DNA of 63,990 nucleotides, filler included, from Diploschistes diacapsis (taxonomy: Eukaryota), in the NCBI GenBank assembly GCA_023645945.1. It is 7 parts of 7 records of this genome, joined end to end, with 100 filler letters (N's around TTAATTAATTAA, not from the genome) between each part and the next. Parts side by side here need not be neighbours in the genome. Positions count along the whole stretch, not along the records: positions 1 to 9,265 come from JALAIB010001060.1; positions 9,366 to 18,625 come from JALAIB010001061.1; 5 more parts are not named here. One strand, written 5' to 3'. The notes beneath the pieces are model-generated. The model was not told the DNA's origin. It made no database searches and worked only from the letters and a program-made list of their open reading frames with translations. The translations under genes and the position numbers were made by a program. Shown here in pieces: positions 1 through 17,361 of the stretch (its first letter is position 1; the number at the start of each line of letters is the position of its first letter).

Positions 1-384
1 GGGGAGGTGAGGTGAGGAGTGGAGTGGAGCGGAGAGAAGGAGGGGGGTAGTGACGAGAAGGCTGTAGAGTGGATCAAGGCAGCCAATTCTTTTGCAAGAA
101 AACTAAGATTCAAGAAGCGCCCAGCCTATTGGGGACTGTAAAGTAGCTTTCCTTTTCCTAGAACAATTGTTGCCTGAAGAAACTACTGGAGAAAGCTTTT
201 TCTCTTTTTGCGGGGGGGGCCGTTTTGTGAGTCGAAGATGCGGGATCGGCTCAAAGCTCTGACGGGACACCATCGGTTTCCAGCTCACAAAGCAACACTC
301 CCCCAATACCTTTCCTTCTCTCTAACTCCCTAAACTAACTTTCTCTTTTACCCTTTCACACATTGCTTCTACACAGCAGCGACC

Positions 385-3083
385 ATGTCCAGCTTCTTTT
401 CCCGCGTCGGCGGTGGTGGCGGCGGCGGCGGTCCTCCTCCACCACAGCGCCAAAATCCTCCGCAGCAAGATAACCCCTACGGCCGAGCTCCACCGTCCGG
501 CTACGACGAGCAGCAAGGCTACGGACGCGCACCGCCAGAGTACCACCGCGCGCAGCAAGCAGGAGGAGGAGGGGAATACCAGGCCAGCCACGGACTACCC
601 GGCGATCCGCGCATGGGCAGGGCCACGAGCGGCGGCGTAGGAGTAGGAGGGAGGGGAGGAGGGCCTCCGAGGATGTCGGACAGGGAGAGAAAGCCGGTGG
701 GGTCCGGCGCGGCGGGCCAGATGTGGAGCCTCATGCCGGCGAAGAGTCCGACGGTTCAGTATACGTTTGCGAACATGTGAGTTTGGCCCGGGCGGATGAG
801 TGTTTCCCTCGCGAGGCGATCTGCGCATGGGGATTGATGGGCTGATGGGGCTGTATGCAGTGTTGCGGTTTCGCCGCACGACTTCAACCCGGGAACATAT
901 GGTGAGACCTTCTACGTGATCCTAAACGATATGTTTGTCTTGACGGCGAGGCCGTATGAGGGCTTTCAGAGGGGGCAGATCAGCTTGTCGGATCCACAAA
1001 GGACGTGGGCGTCGATTAGTCTGACGGATACGGTCAATGTTAGGGTGTACGACCCCTTCTCGGAAATAGGAGGGAGATACCTGGCGTCGGTTGATGCGGA
1101 GGTTGGGTTTGCTGGGAAGAAGAGCACGGCGGAGCCGCTGGACCAAGACGAGCTTGCTGGCATTTTCATCAAGGTATGGATGATACACGTGCTTATGTGG
1201 ACTCTACTGACGAGGGCTAGGCCTTCCAAAATCAAATCTTCGCACCTAACCAGCGGCTGATCATGGACTACAAGAGTATCCCGATGCTCTTCGTCATTAA
1301 GGCTGTTTCTCTCGCGGATATCAACATGGAGAAGGCTTCTTCGGGCGAAACGATGACGATACCAAATGCTAGGGGTATCTTGGTGGGGAGCACGAATATG
1401 AACTTCTTCAAGGACGCGAAGTCGGGCATCAACTTGAAGGCATCGAAAAGGAGACCCGCGGCAAATGCCATCTTGCAGCCGACGTTCAAGTTTGAAGACA
1501 TGGGCATTGGAGGTCTGGATAAAGAATTCAGCGCCATCTTCAGGAGAGCTTTCCAATCGCGTATATTTCCTCCCGGTCTTATCCAGAACATGGGCATTCA
1601 GCACGTCAAGGGCATTCTACTATACGGACCACCTGGCACAGGAAAGACTCTCATAGCTCGGAAGATCGGACAGATGCTGAACGCGAGAGAGCCGAAGGTC
1701 ATTAATGGACCCGAGGTGCTCAACAAATTCGTCGGGCAATCAGAAGAGAACATCCGGAAGCTCTTCGCCGACGCTGAGAAGGAGTACAAGGAGAAGGGAG
1801 ACGAGAGCGGCTTACATATTATCATCTTTGACGAGTTGGACGCGGTCTGCAAGCAAAGAGGCAGTGGGGCTGGCGGAGGAACTGGTGTCGGCGACAGCGT
1901 GGTCAATCAGTTACTCTCGAAGCTCGACGGTGTCGATCAGCTCAACAACATCCTCCTTATTGGCATGACCAACAGGAAAGATATGATAGACGAGGCCTTG
2001 CTCCGTCCAGGCCGTTTGGAAGTGCATATGGAAATATCACTCCCCGACGAAGACGGACGCCTTCAGATTCTCAAGATCCACACAGCATCAATGTCCAAGC
2101 ATGGTAATCTGGACGTCGATGTCAGTCTTGCAGACCTGGCCCATCGCTCGAAGAACTTCAGTGGTGCCGAAATCAACGGTCTTGTCCGATCTGCTGCCTC
2201 GTGGGCCCTCAATCGGCACGTGAAGGGTGGTACGATGGCAGGCATATCCGACGATATCGAGAACATGACAGTCAAGCGAGACGACTTTGAGAAGGCCTTT
2301 GACGAGGTACGGCCAGCATTTGGTGTCTCGGAAGATGAGCTCCAGGATTGTCTTACTCAGGGCATCATGCAATACTCGCCCTATATCGACAACATCCTCC
2401 AGGAAGGTTCCCTAATTGTCAAGCAAGTCGCTGACGTCCACACACCCATGTTCACCGCTGTCCTCCACGGTCCGCCAGGCAGCGGCAAGACCGCGCTAGC
2501 AGCGAAGATCGCGCTGGACAGTGGCTACCCCTTCGTCAAACTCTGCAGCCCCAACAGCATGGTCGGCTTCAATGAACCGTCGAAGATCAACCACATCCAG
2601 AAGATCTTTGAGGACGCGTACAAGTCCCCACTCAGCGTCATCGTGATCGACAACATTGAGCGCATCCTCTCCTGGTCACCCATCGGACCGCGTTTCGAGA
2701 ACGGTGTGCTGCAGGCGCTCATGGTGCTCCTAAAAAAGGTACCGCCCAAGGGCCGACGGTTGCTGTGTCTGGCCACGACGAGCGAGCGCTCCGTCATGCA
2801 GCAGCTGGACCTCTTCGCGTATTTCGACGCGGATATTGCGGTCCCGACCGTCGGTTCGTACGAGGAGCTGGCCTATATCATGCAGCAGGGTGACGCTTTT
2901 GGAGGGAACGAAGTGCAAGCTTCGATCCAGGAGATGCAGTCGTTGACGAGGGGCAGAGATAGGGTGAATGTAGGGATCAAGAGGATTCTCAAGGGCATTG
3001 AGACCGCCAGGCAGGACCCGGAGGATATGCCGGGAAGGTTCGCGAACGTTATGGCTAAAGCGATGGTCGAGAATGGGATATGA
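385..3083 (+). CDS. SEC18: Vesicle-fusing AAA ATPase NSF/Sec18; exons ~385-776, 861-1173, 1221-3083
   Basis: Two AAA domains (GPPGTGKT, IIIFDELD, RPGRLE; second GPPGSGKT); MGIGGLDKEFSAIFRRAF signature; GT..AG introns join ORFs 385, 916 and 1263 in frame. Confidence 0.96.
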
Positions 3084-3576
3084 ATGCAAATGTTGGCCTG
3101 ATGAGTTGAGCGATTGCACAGCAGGCGTTTTGCGGAGGGGATTGTTCGGCGTGACAATTGACCAATCCTCGTATCCTTTCCACCGTCTACAGAGGTATGA
3201 AATATTTATATAGATGTAATCATAACTTCATAGGTTGAGCCTGCCTTAACAGCGCTCTTTATATTCCATCGTTGCATCGGCTTCTATGGCTTGATAGAAG
3301 CAGAAGTATCAGATTTGCGCTCATAATAGTCCGAGCTGCAAGTTCTTCACAACTATCGAGGCCGTTGAAGTGGAATTACAAGATTTTCTCTCACAACTGA
3401 AAATTCAACCGTTCCCGAAAATCCAAAAGCAATCTGCTATTATTAAGAGGAGATTCAAAGCGCCTTAGGTGTCTGTTCATAGAGATTTTAAGATTGGTAA
3501 CCATTCTCTATTAATACTTTCTAGTTATGCTTTTTTTATTTTAATGATACGCTTTGCTTGCTCGACGTTTGATTGA

Positions 3577-8531
<4,955 letters not shown>

Positions 8532-9265
8532 AGACGGCCCGGATCGTGCGGAATGGTTGGATTTCGGCTTGGACATACAATGTCGATTAGGGTGAGGAGC
8601 GCGTTGTTTTACGGGTTGAAAAAAAAAATAATAATCAGATCGTTTCTGTCGGGAGGGGGGGAGAGTATGTGCCACTAGTTAGACGTGGAGGAGGGGGGAG
8701 AAGACAGCATCAGCTTTTTTTTTGGCCCGGATCGAGCTTACGGTATGCCAGCCCGGGCTAGGTTTCCAGAGTTGTCTGCTCCCCGTCTCGTTTCGCAAAT
8801 AGTCGGGTAGAGTTCTGAGGCCGAGGCCGAGGCTGAGGCCAAGGCAGAGAGTGTGGACAGAAAAGTTTCTTCGAGGTAGATGGGCGAAATGATAAAGATT
8901 AGAGCACACGCGCTTTCAACCCACCCTTTTTCAAGAACTCATTCCCCCTTCTCTTCGTCCCGGCTTCCCACTTGGGTACCGCAGCGAGTTCGCGGTCCGC
9001 AGCATATTCTCTTTCCGGAACCCAACCAACCAACCCTTGGCTCGTGCCCTCTAGTGGAATAGCCGAGCGCATTTCATTCGGGGCCCCCCAGCCTCCTTTA
9101 GTTCCCCCAATCTAATACCATTATGGACCTTGTGTGTTTTTTTATAAAAGAAAAAAAAACTAAAAACAAAACACCCTGAACCCTATTACCCGATACGTAA
9201 GAAAACAGCTGGCGCAAACACAAATCCATAGGGGTTGGCACGGTTCACTATCAACTCCCTTCTTC

Positions 9266-9365
9266 NNNNNNNNNNNNNNNNNNNNNNNNNNNNNNNNNNN
9301 NNNNNNNNNTTAATTAATTAANNNNNNNNNNNNNNNNNNNNNNNNNNNNNNNNNNNNNNNNNNNN
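9266..9365. other. Artificial contig linker
   Basis: N-run with central TTAATTAATTAA (stops in all frames), 100 nt. Confidence 0.99.
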
Positions 9366-9591
9366 GGGTAAGGGCGGGAAGCGGAAGAGAGGGCGGGGTG
9401 ATAGTAGCGGGGAGAGTGATGAGGACGAAGAGGACTGAAGCGATGTTGGCAGATCAAGGGAAGCCTCGGGTTTGAGTGAAATTATCCGGATGTGTCGTTT
9501 CGACATGTTACCATACAGCTAAACGCTATAAAGCCCCTCGCTATGCTACCCATGAGAACTCCGATGCATGCGTTGTCATCGAGGCCAAAGC

Positions 9592-10999
9592 CTAGGATAT
9601 GAAGACCTTCTTCATCTTGGATGCCTCAAACACCTCACCCGTTGTCGGGTCCTTGACCTGCCCTGGCTCTAGGCCCATCTTGGCCGTCATCTCCAGAAGC
9701 CTCTCTCGGCCGTATACTCTTCCGTTGGGCAGCACTACCGGATCGTTCTCGACGAAGCTCTTCGAGTGGTGAGCGTATGGGACATTGCGCGCAAGTTCGT
9801 TGAGTTCTGTCGAGCATATCGGACATACTGTCGTTGTCGACGATCGCGAGTTGGATGAGCTGCTGGCATAGACAGAGTGACACGATGGGGTTTTGAGCGC
9901 TGAGAGACCGGCGGAAAGTGCGATGTGCAGGAGGGGTTCGCTCGGCAAAGAAAAGAGCTCGTGATGCGTCTTCACGAAAATCGCAGCTAGTTTCTCCCAG
10001 CGTTCTTGTGAATACAACGCCTGGCGCAACGTTAGTAAATCAACAGTCGACCTTTTGTAGGATGGAACGAACCTTGTACTTTTCCGCGCGCGTATTTGGC
10101 GGATAGGCTAGCAGACCCATAGCTTGATAGAATTCGTTAGGGTAGGTATCAATATAGGGCGCTAGGTACTTCTGGGCGTGCCGCTTTGCTTCCGCCAGCT
10201 TGCCCTCCCTCCGCTGCTCGATGAACTGCTGCAGCCTTAGCTCGAACTCCAGCGCGCCGCCCGCCTTCTTCATTAACGCCTGGTGCTCCCTACACCATAC
10301 CAGAGCTTCCGCCGCGCTTCCTCGCTTCAAGCTGGCCTCTACCCGATGGCACTGCACGAAGACGTCTATATCCACTAACTCCTCTATACCCTTCTCCTGC
10401 GCCAGCGTCCGCGCGCTTTCCACATAGCCCATTCGTAGCAGATAATCGACCAGCAACCGGTTCAACCTGACCCAGGACCACTCCTCGTATTTAACGTCCG
10501 CCAGGCTCGGGATGCCGTACAAGTCGTTCAGGTGCTCAAGACGCCGCCGGCTCGAAGCTTGTATCTTGTTCTCCTCCGCCTGCACGAGCTCCATCTTCCG
10601 CTTTAGTCCCTTCAGCCGCGCTATCATGGCGTCGATGGCAGCTATGGTTTCCGGCGCGGCCTGGGCGCCGGTGAAGCTGGCGTTGGCGGTTGCTTTGAGC
10701 GCGGCGAGGATGTGCTTCCGCTCGTGCTCGACGGCGACTTGGATGGATTTGAAGTTCTTGCGGGAGAGCTCGTAGGGGAGGCGGATGAGGGGTTGTTCCT
10801 GAGGAGAAGGAATTAGCAGCCGTTTCACAGCGGATGATGTCTCGTTGGCGGGTCAAGGAAAAGGGCGGGGCAGGTTAGGTCAGTGGTCTAGCAAAGCTCG
10901 AGCTCAGCCGGCAGATGGAGGGGAAGCTGGGCCGGCGTTGCATACCAGGAGAAGATGCGTCTCTGGGTTGAGCTTTGTGGTGGTGAAGTCTTCGGCCAT
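9592..10999 (-). CDS. FYV10: GID/CTLH E3 ligase subunit Fyv10 (MAEA homologue); exons ~10999-10946, 10798-10073, 10020-9592
   Basis: [12 protein letters not shown]-terminus, LisH ([15 protein letters not shown]), CTLH ([12 protein letters not shown]), degenerate RING ([13 protein letters not shown]...[20 protein letters not shown]). Confidence 0.93.
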
Positions 11000-11196
11000 G
11001 GTGAGCTAGTCTATCTGCGCTTATGTGACCCTGCCAGCCCCCCTTCCAGATACATACTTCGCGTTCGTCGCTTGCCACTGGATAGGTACTCTTCAGCCTT
11101 GTTTGTGCTTGGGGTTGGATTTGCGTGAAACCGGTGAAGCTCCGGCAATATTTATAAATATCATGTGTCTAGCGACACATGATGTCGCCCTCCAAG

Positions 11197-11824
11197 TTCC
11201 TAAGCGAAGCAGTGCGTATTAAGTAAAAAATCTAGGCTTAAAAAACTGGGTAGGTTTATTGGGGGTTGCACTCCCAAACCCCTGCTTTTTTTATTTGTGG
11301 GGATTGCATCCCCACATTTCTGCTCATGGAACTTAGCAGAATGTTTAGAAATCTGAATAATTTTAATAATTATTTATTTTTAAGATAAATTATATATAAA
11401 TTCTTTTATAAGTTAGTTTCATCAACATCCCATTGCCAGTAATAATGTTAATTTAATATTTAATAATAATATTATACGTTATTGTTGTTTAATAAATACG
11501 AAAATAGTAGGTTCGGAAATAATAAATAAAAAAAATAATAGATTCGAAAGCAATAAACCTTAAAATAATAGATTTAAAAGCAACAAATTCGAAAGTAATA
11601 AATACGAAAACAGTAAATACGAAAACAGTAAATGCGAAAACAGTAGATGCGAAAACAGTAGATGCGAAAGTAGTAAATACAAAAAAGATGCCACGTAATG
11701 GTTTAGTTCAGTTCAGCCAATCCAACCCTTGACACGACTTTCGGAGTTGTTTTCTTATCTACGGTTTTTTCTGCGCCCATAAATACACTAATATGTAAAT
11801 ATAGTCCTGCGCTTCGCTTAGGAA
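11197..11824. mobile_element. Putative non-autonomous, RIP-altered DNA element with 14-bp terminal inverted repeats
   Basis: TTCCTAAGCGAAGC at 11197-11210 and its exact reverse complement at 11811-11824 enclose AT-rich DNA, hairpins and a 15-bp tandem repeat; no TSD seen. Confidence 0.6.
11490..11685. repeat. Degenerate 15-bp tandem repeat (AAATACGAAAACAGT / AGATGCGAAAACAGT)
   Basis: About a dozen diverged units, best conserved at 11600-11680. Confidence 0.8.
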
Positions 11825-13585
11825 TGAGCCGAAGGAAACCCTTTCTTAAATCCGTGCTACGATCACGATTTACTGAGAATCGACTTATACAAACAACTTG
11901 ACACACATAGTACCCTTGCTCAACGAAAAGAGTCTTCCTCCTTGCTTTTAACTCACGGAGATGTCCATACTTCTTCGTTAAAGTGCTTATCGTGCGGAGC
12001 GAACATCTCTCATCTCTGTCATCGATTGCTTTTGAGTGTGACAGTGAAGCAACTGCAAGATATGCCTGCCTTCGAAAATAGCGAATACAAGATCTATATT
12101 GCCGTTTAATTCATTGTCTTTCTTATGGCTAGTATCTGACAAAGCTGTTGAATATAGCACCAAGTAGACGAGTCTCTTCCCTAGCCACGTAGCTCATTTT
12201 CTTTTCCCCTTTCAGGCATTTCCTATACCAATATTTCCTACACTCGCTCGTATATCCTTTACAATTTATTCATCCAAAAATTTCATACTTTATGTTTCCA
12301 TCCAGAACCAAAACGACAGTATTCAGCATCTATATAGTACCCTAAGCAGCATTGGTACCGAACCTTACAGTAGCTGCCTTGCTCTTCCTGTTCCCAACTT
12401 GCTGGAGGTGATACTAGGTCATATATATCCATGCAGGAGCGGAACGCTCGAGATCCATCACAAGGCTAACGCCGTTAAAGAATATGTTGAGTGGATACTT
12501 GCTTGGAGCCAGAGCTCAAGAGGTGCCAGCGATTGGTGAAATCTGAGACGACGTGGGGACGAATGCCGCGTTGGATGTGTGGTGTCTGGCAAGGAGGAGA
12601 AGGGATGGGATAGGGAGAAAAGAATGCTTGGGGAAAATTTCGAAGAGGCTTTGCTGAAGGTTGAGGAGGTAGCCACTGGGTCGAACAACCTCATTGGAAT
12701 AGAGGGCGTCGGAAATCCGCGACAGAGATGGGGATTTCTAAGGAGGGTTTCGATGATCCATGGCAGTGCTTCTAGTGAAGGAACCTGCTCGATTGCTGGA
12801 CTATCTTGCTTTCAGTGAGATCGCTCTCTTCGTATCCCCATGATTCTATACTTTCCAGGTGCCTCTCTGTTTGTCCTATCTTTATTTGACACGTAGCGTC
12901 AAGTTGGTGTGAAAGAGCGAGCCGCTGTCAAACGCCGCGAAGCTGGTACGGGTTATTGTGACGAAGTAGTAAAGCACCCACAAAGCAGCTCTACCGACGT
13001 CCCGATAACTCTTTAGGCAGAATACTCTCATCAAGTCTTCAACCAAAAGCAAATAAGTCAATAAACTTGACGGGATTGGCGTACCTCTTCCCATCACTTT
13101 ATGACCACAAAGAGCTCGGATGCTTCAGATGGGGTCATAAAATAGATCTAAGAACTCTGGTGGAAATTTAAGTATTTTAGGTTTTATTTTTTCTGTGTGG
13201 GCAAAACCATCATCAATAATAACGTCCAACCACCAACCTTCAAACTGTTCCCCTTGGTCCGTGCTTTTGGTAGTTCATCCCTTGAAACGTTTTGACTTGG
13301 TCCTTTAGCTAAGTTACCTATAGGTAATTTATGATATCGAACTACAATTGCCACGACAGACCTGCCGTGACTTTGGTCGTGCATCGAGTCACCAACTCTG
13401 CGATTGAATAAGTCTTTGTGTCTATTTTCGTCTTGTCTGAAATGTTTTGTCTTGGTTGAGTCATAATTTAATACCGTTACTGTCCATATACTCCGTCAAG
13501 AATTTGCAATAAGGAGGACTGCAAGGCAAGCTTCACCATCTACAAAACTCTACCTCAAAGTAGGAAAGGTAAAAACCTAACAAGC

Positions 13586-14713
13586 ATGCCTAGAAAACAC
13601 CGTACCTCCAGAAAAGCCACAGCAGCAACAGAAGACGAGGCCTGTGAGGTTTTCGTGCGCTCATCCGCTGGACTCTCTCCACCGTCCGTCTCCACCTGGC
13701 CTTCTTTCGCCTGCACCGACCCCTCCATTTCCGACTGTACTCACGACTCTCTCACCATGCTTCCTATGCCGACGACGAAGTCCCTAGCCACTTCGCCCTT
13801 CCTCAACCGTCACCTCTTCCTCGTTTCCCTCGGTAACCCCAAACCATATGATACCACGCTGCACAGCGCGGGGCACTTCCTCCTCGACGCTCTGCGCGCT
13901 CATCTCGGCCTCCCCGCGTTCTTTCAGTCAAATTCCTGCAACAGGCCCGTCCTCCCACGTGTACCTGGGCTCTTCTCCTGCTCGGCACAGCATCCGACCC
14001 TCATGCTCTGGCAATGTCCCTCGACGATGAACGTCTCGGGACAGCTGGTCTCCAGGGCGTGGAAGAACTACACTAGCCAGCTTCCAGCCGCCTCTGGTGG
14101 CAAGCAGCACGCAAGGCTGGTGGTGCTGCACGACGAGCTCGAGGCTGAACTCGGGAAGCTCAGGGTCAGGGAGGGGGGATCAGTGAAGGGGCACAATGGG
14201 CTTAAGAGTTGCGTGGAGGCGCTGGGGGGGAGCGAGGGATGGCTGAGGGTTGGCGTGGGAATAGGAAGGCCGGTGAGTAGGGAGCCGGAGGCTGTGGCGG
14301 GGTATGTGCTTGGGGAGATGAAGGTACACGAGAAGCGGAGTATTGAAGGTGCGGCAGGGTTGGTGGCGAAGGTGTTGGAGGCTGTTGCTTCAGAGGGTGA
14401 GCAAGCCGAAAAAATGGATCAAGAGGTAGCGAGCGAAGCGGAGCTGGAGAGGCGGAGGCAGAAAGTGGAGATACAGAGGCAGAAAACCGCGACGAAAGCT
14501 GTGAGGCGAAGAGCTGAGAAAAGAGAGTTGGCGCTGCTGAGGGGCTTGAGGATGAAGGAAAAGGAGAACGAGGGGAAGTTGAAAGATCAGGAGGACACAG
14601 AGTCGGAGGTAGAAGAAACGCAGGAGAAAGGGAATGACGATAAAGGTACGGATGAAGAAAAGACAGAGAACGAGGAGAAGGAGAAAGAGACGGAGGAAGA
14701 AGGCCGAGGATAA
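13586..14713 (+). CDS. PTH1: Peptidyl-tRNA hydrolase (Pth1 family) with charged C-terminal extension; true start may be ~13757
   Basis: SLGNP, HSAGH, MNVSG, VLHDELE, GHNGL and RVGVGIGRP motifs. Confidence 0.88.
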   Translation: MPRKHRTSRKATAATEDEACEVFVRSSAGLSPPSVSTWPSFACTDPSISDCTHDSLTMLPMPTTKSLATSPFLNRHLFLVSLGNPKPYDTTLHSAGHFLLDALRAHLGLPAFFQSNSCNRPVLPRVPGLFSCSAQHPTLMLWQCPSTMNVSGQLVSRAWKNYTSQLPAASGGKQHARLVVLHDELEAELGKLRVREGGSVKGHNGLKSCVEALGGSEGWLRVGVGIGRPVSREPEAVAGYVLGEMKVHEKRSIEGAAGLVAKVLEAVASEGEQAEKMDQEVASEAELERRRQKVEIQRQKTATKAVRRRAEKRELALLRGLRMKEKENEGKLKDQEDTESEVEETQEKGNDDKGTDEEKTENEEKEKETEEEGRG

Positions 14714-16142
14714 AATACGCGAATTGGTAGAAGCCCGTTGTGGATTTTGTTTCGATTGCTTGTGTCAATAAGGTGGCGGCTGCTCTGCGTGCATGTTCTG
14801 AAGCTGGCCTCATTCACGCCAATACGTCCGTCGAAGGTAGTAAGGCGAGGTCTACGAGGTTCTTCTCGGAGAGTACGGAATGTAAGAACAGCGCGATCCT
14901 ATGCCCAGCTCAAGTGAGATTGCTGGAAGCCAGCACACTTAATCTTCACCATCGGATTGACCAGCACCAACTTTGGTCCATCGAGTACGGTCATGGCTCA
15001 CCAAGTCTCGATCGAGCCATGATCGTTGCGCGTGTTGCGCGCCAGTTGGGCTGAATCCGCCATCTGCCCTTCTCAGAAAGGCAGAGAAACAGAACGAGGC
15101 CCCGACGACCGGGACAGTCGCATAAGTACGGAAAGCAGGCACGAGCAAGAACCACGTCTCCGCACTCCCTCCTGCAAGGCACATGGCGAACCACGTATAT
15201 GGCTAAAGCAGCACACGCTACGATTGGCCGCATCTCGCGCCCTCGCCGCCCAAAACCATGCGGGTGAAGCATTCAGCCAATGGCCGCGTGACCGGTGACG
15301 GGAAGGCATCCAATACACGAGAAAGTCGTACAGTGGGGTATATCCGAGGATTCCAGGGACTTGGTTCCGAGCGTCTCTTTGGACGTTGATGGGTACTATG
15401 ATCAAGACGGTGGGGGGGGTTAATGATATGATGAAGAAGATGATAATGATTCGTGCGTGTGCTATCGTACATGTGTTGCTGCTCCATTGCACGTTTCTGA
15501 CCTCGTCTCCATTTCCCCCAATGTGCCGCCCTCCGTCTTTTTTCATGCTCGTAGATAGCCAGCGGCGAACTTTTTTGTGTGCAACTCGGGCGTTCGCCGT
15601 CAATGCGATGTAGCTCTGCGAATTTCCGCAGTTCAAAACCTTCGGAAGAGAGAGACATCGGAGGTTTCTTATCAAGCTTCGGGTTGGCCAGATAAGAAGT
15701 GGTGGAAGTACATGAACCCCAATATTAATACCCCAGTTACGGGCAGGTTTTCCATAACCAAATAAAAAAAAAAAAAAAAAAAAAACCCCCATAGATAACC
15801 GTACAAACAAATAAAATGACTGCTTCGAAGATGGCCCTGAAAGCAATGCATGATAGTGGCCGCCCGAAGATTCTTCTTTTCAAAAACATTATGCATGATG
15901 ATGGCCGCCCACGGGTTTTTCTTTTTCAGAACATTGCATATGCTTCGTAAAAATGGTTTCCTTTTCCCTTGCCGCGTTTATTTCGTGTCCCCTGTCAAGC
16001 AAGCTCCGTGTAGGGACCTTCCATGCGTTTGCTTCATTAGACATTCCGAAGACTTTTTCCAAAACTCTTTTCTCTTTCATCATAAACACTCTCTTTCGGT
16101 AATTGTACCCATGCTCAAAAAGGGTGGGTGGCAAATCTTCTC

Positions 16143-17361
16143 CTATTTCTGTGGCTGCCGTGGACCGGGTTGCCTGTCGTCCATCTGGTAGGCTTGGAAT
16201 TGGTGTTGGATGGGAGATCCGTAGGGTGGAAATTGGCCCGGGGACGGCCGTTGTTGTAAAGGTGGGCCTCGTGTCGTTGGGCCGTATGATCGCAGATCTG
16301 CCAGCATATTTTGCTGTGGCTGTGCCGAGGCCAGCCGCGCCTCTGGCCCGCCTTCCACCTTCATCGATCTTGGTTCTCCGTGCTGCGCCTGACCGGCAGG
16401 CGGCATCATCCCCTCGTAGAGCTGGCCTCTGCGCTGTCCGGCGGGGGAAGAAGGCGGCGCGGACGCCGGAGTGCCGGGTGGATACATCATCGCTGTGGGG
16501 GCTGCGCTGGTGGCGGACGACTCCTCGCCCGACCCTGCTGCTGTGATCCCCGTGGCTCCTTCAGCGACATTTTCTTCTCCCGGTGCCGAACTCGGCGCTG
16601 CGGCTGCCGAAGCACCGGCTTCCGGCCCTTCGGCCGAGGCTCGCTGCGTTTTCTTGTTCCGCGGGCGCGGCCAGACCTCACCGCGTTCTCTAGCTTCTGC
16701 CTGCCGACGTTCGAACTCAGACTTTGTCGGTCTGCCTCGCTTCTTCCTCGGCGGCTCGATCGGACTCATCGTTACCGGCCCCGGGGGGCCTTGTGGCTGC
16801 CCATTCACGGTCGAAAGGGTCGGCGGTCGCGGCTGTAGTTCTCTCGTCAGGGATAAGGTCGATGCCGCATCACCCATAGAGTACGGCCTTTTGAGTCGCT
16901 TCAGGGCGGGATCCTGAGGCGGTACCGGCCCGAGGGGCTGCTGTTGCGTACGCGCGACAAGTGCGTTGTAGGCATGCTGACACGATGAGACTGATCGGCC
17001 TGCGTTGGTATTATTAGCAAGATCGAAAGTACTTTTTGTTGGGCTGGAAAGCTCCATGGTGCAGGGTGATGCAGGTGCAAGGCTGCCGATGAGTGCGCAG
17101 GCGACGTACCGTTGGGCAGAGCGATTTCGGTCCACGCAGGCTCGATTCCAGAATCTTTGATGATGCTTATAAGATTCGCTGTCGACAATATTGATTTTTT
17201 GAGTATTTCCGCTAGCAAGTATCTCTTTTGTGCACCCAAATTAGCTTCCGGCCAATCAGGCGAATATTGGGCCCCTTTTGGACGGCCAACGCCCGGGATC
17301 ACGAAAACTTTGCGCTCACCTCTTCGTATTCACTGAAAGGTTGATCTGGGAATGCGGACAT
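16143..17361 (-). CDS. AT-hook-containing putative DNA-binding protein; exons ~17361-17320, 17224-17109, ~17000-16143
   Basis: RKKRGRPTK AT-hook; N-terminal block RYLLAEILKKS...WTEIALPNGRSVSSCQ rebuilt through GTGAGC/GTACGT donors and GCTAAT branch points; Pro/Gln-rich tail. Confidence 0.8.

Noticed and set aside
9310..9321. TTAATTAATTAA palindrome recurring every ~9.3 kb, like a regular array or recombination site
   Set aside because: Always centred in N-runs of fixed length; it is an assembly linker
11850..13500. Short ORFs between the TIR element and PTH1
   Set aside because: No recognisable homology or coherent exon structure
14740..16140. ORFs such as 15073-15846 (257 aa)
   Set aside because: Run through poly-A/T and simple repeats; probably UTR or intergenic
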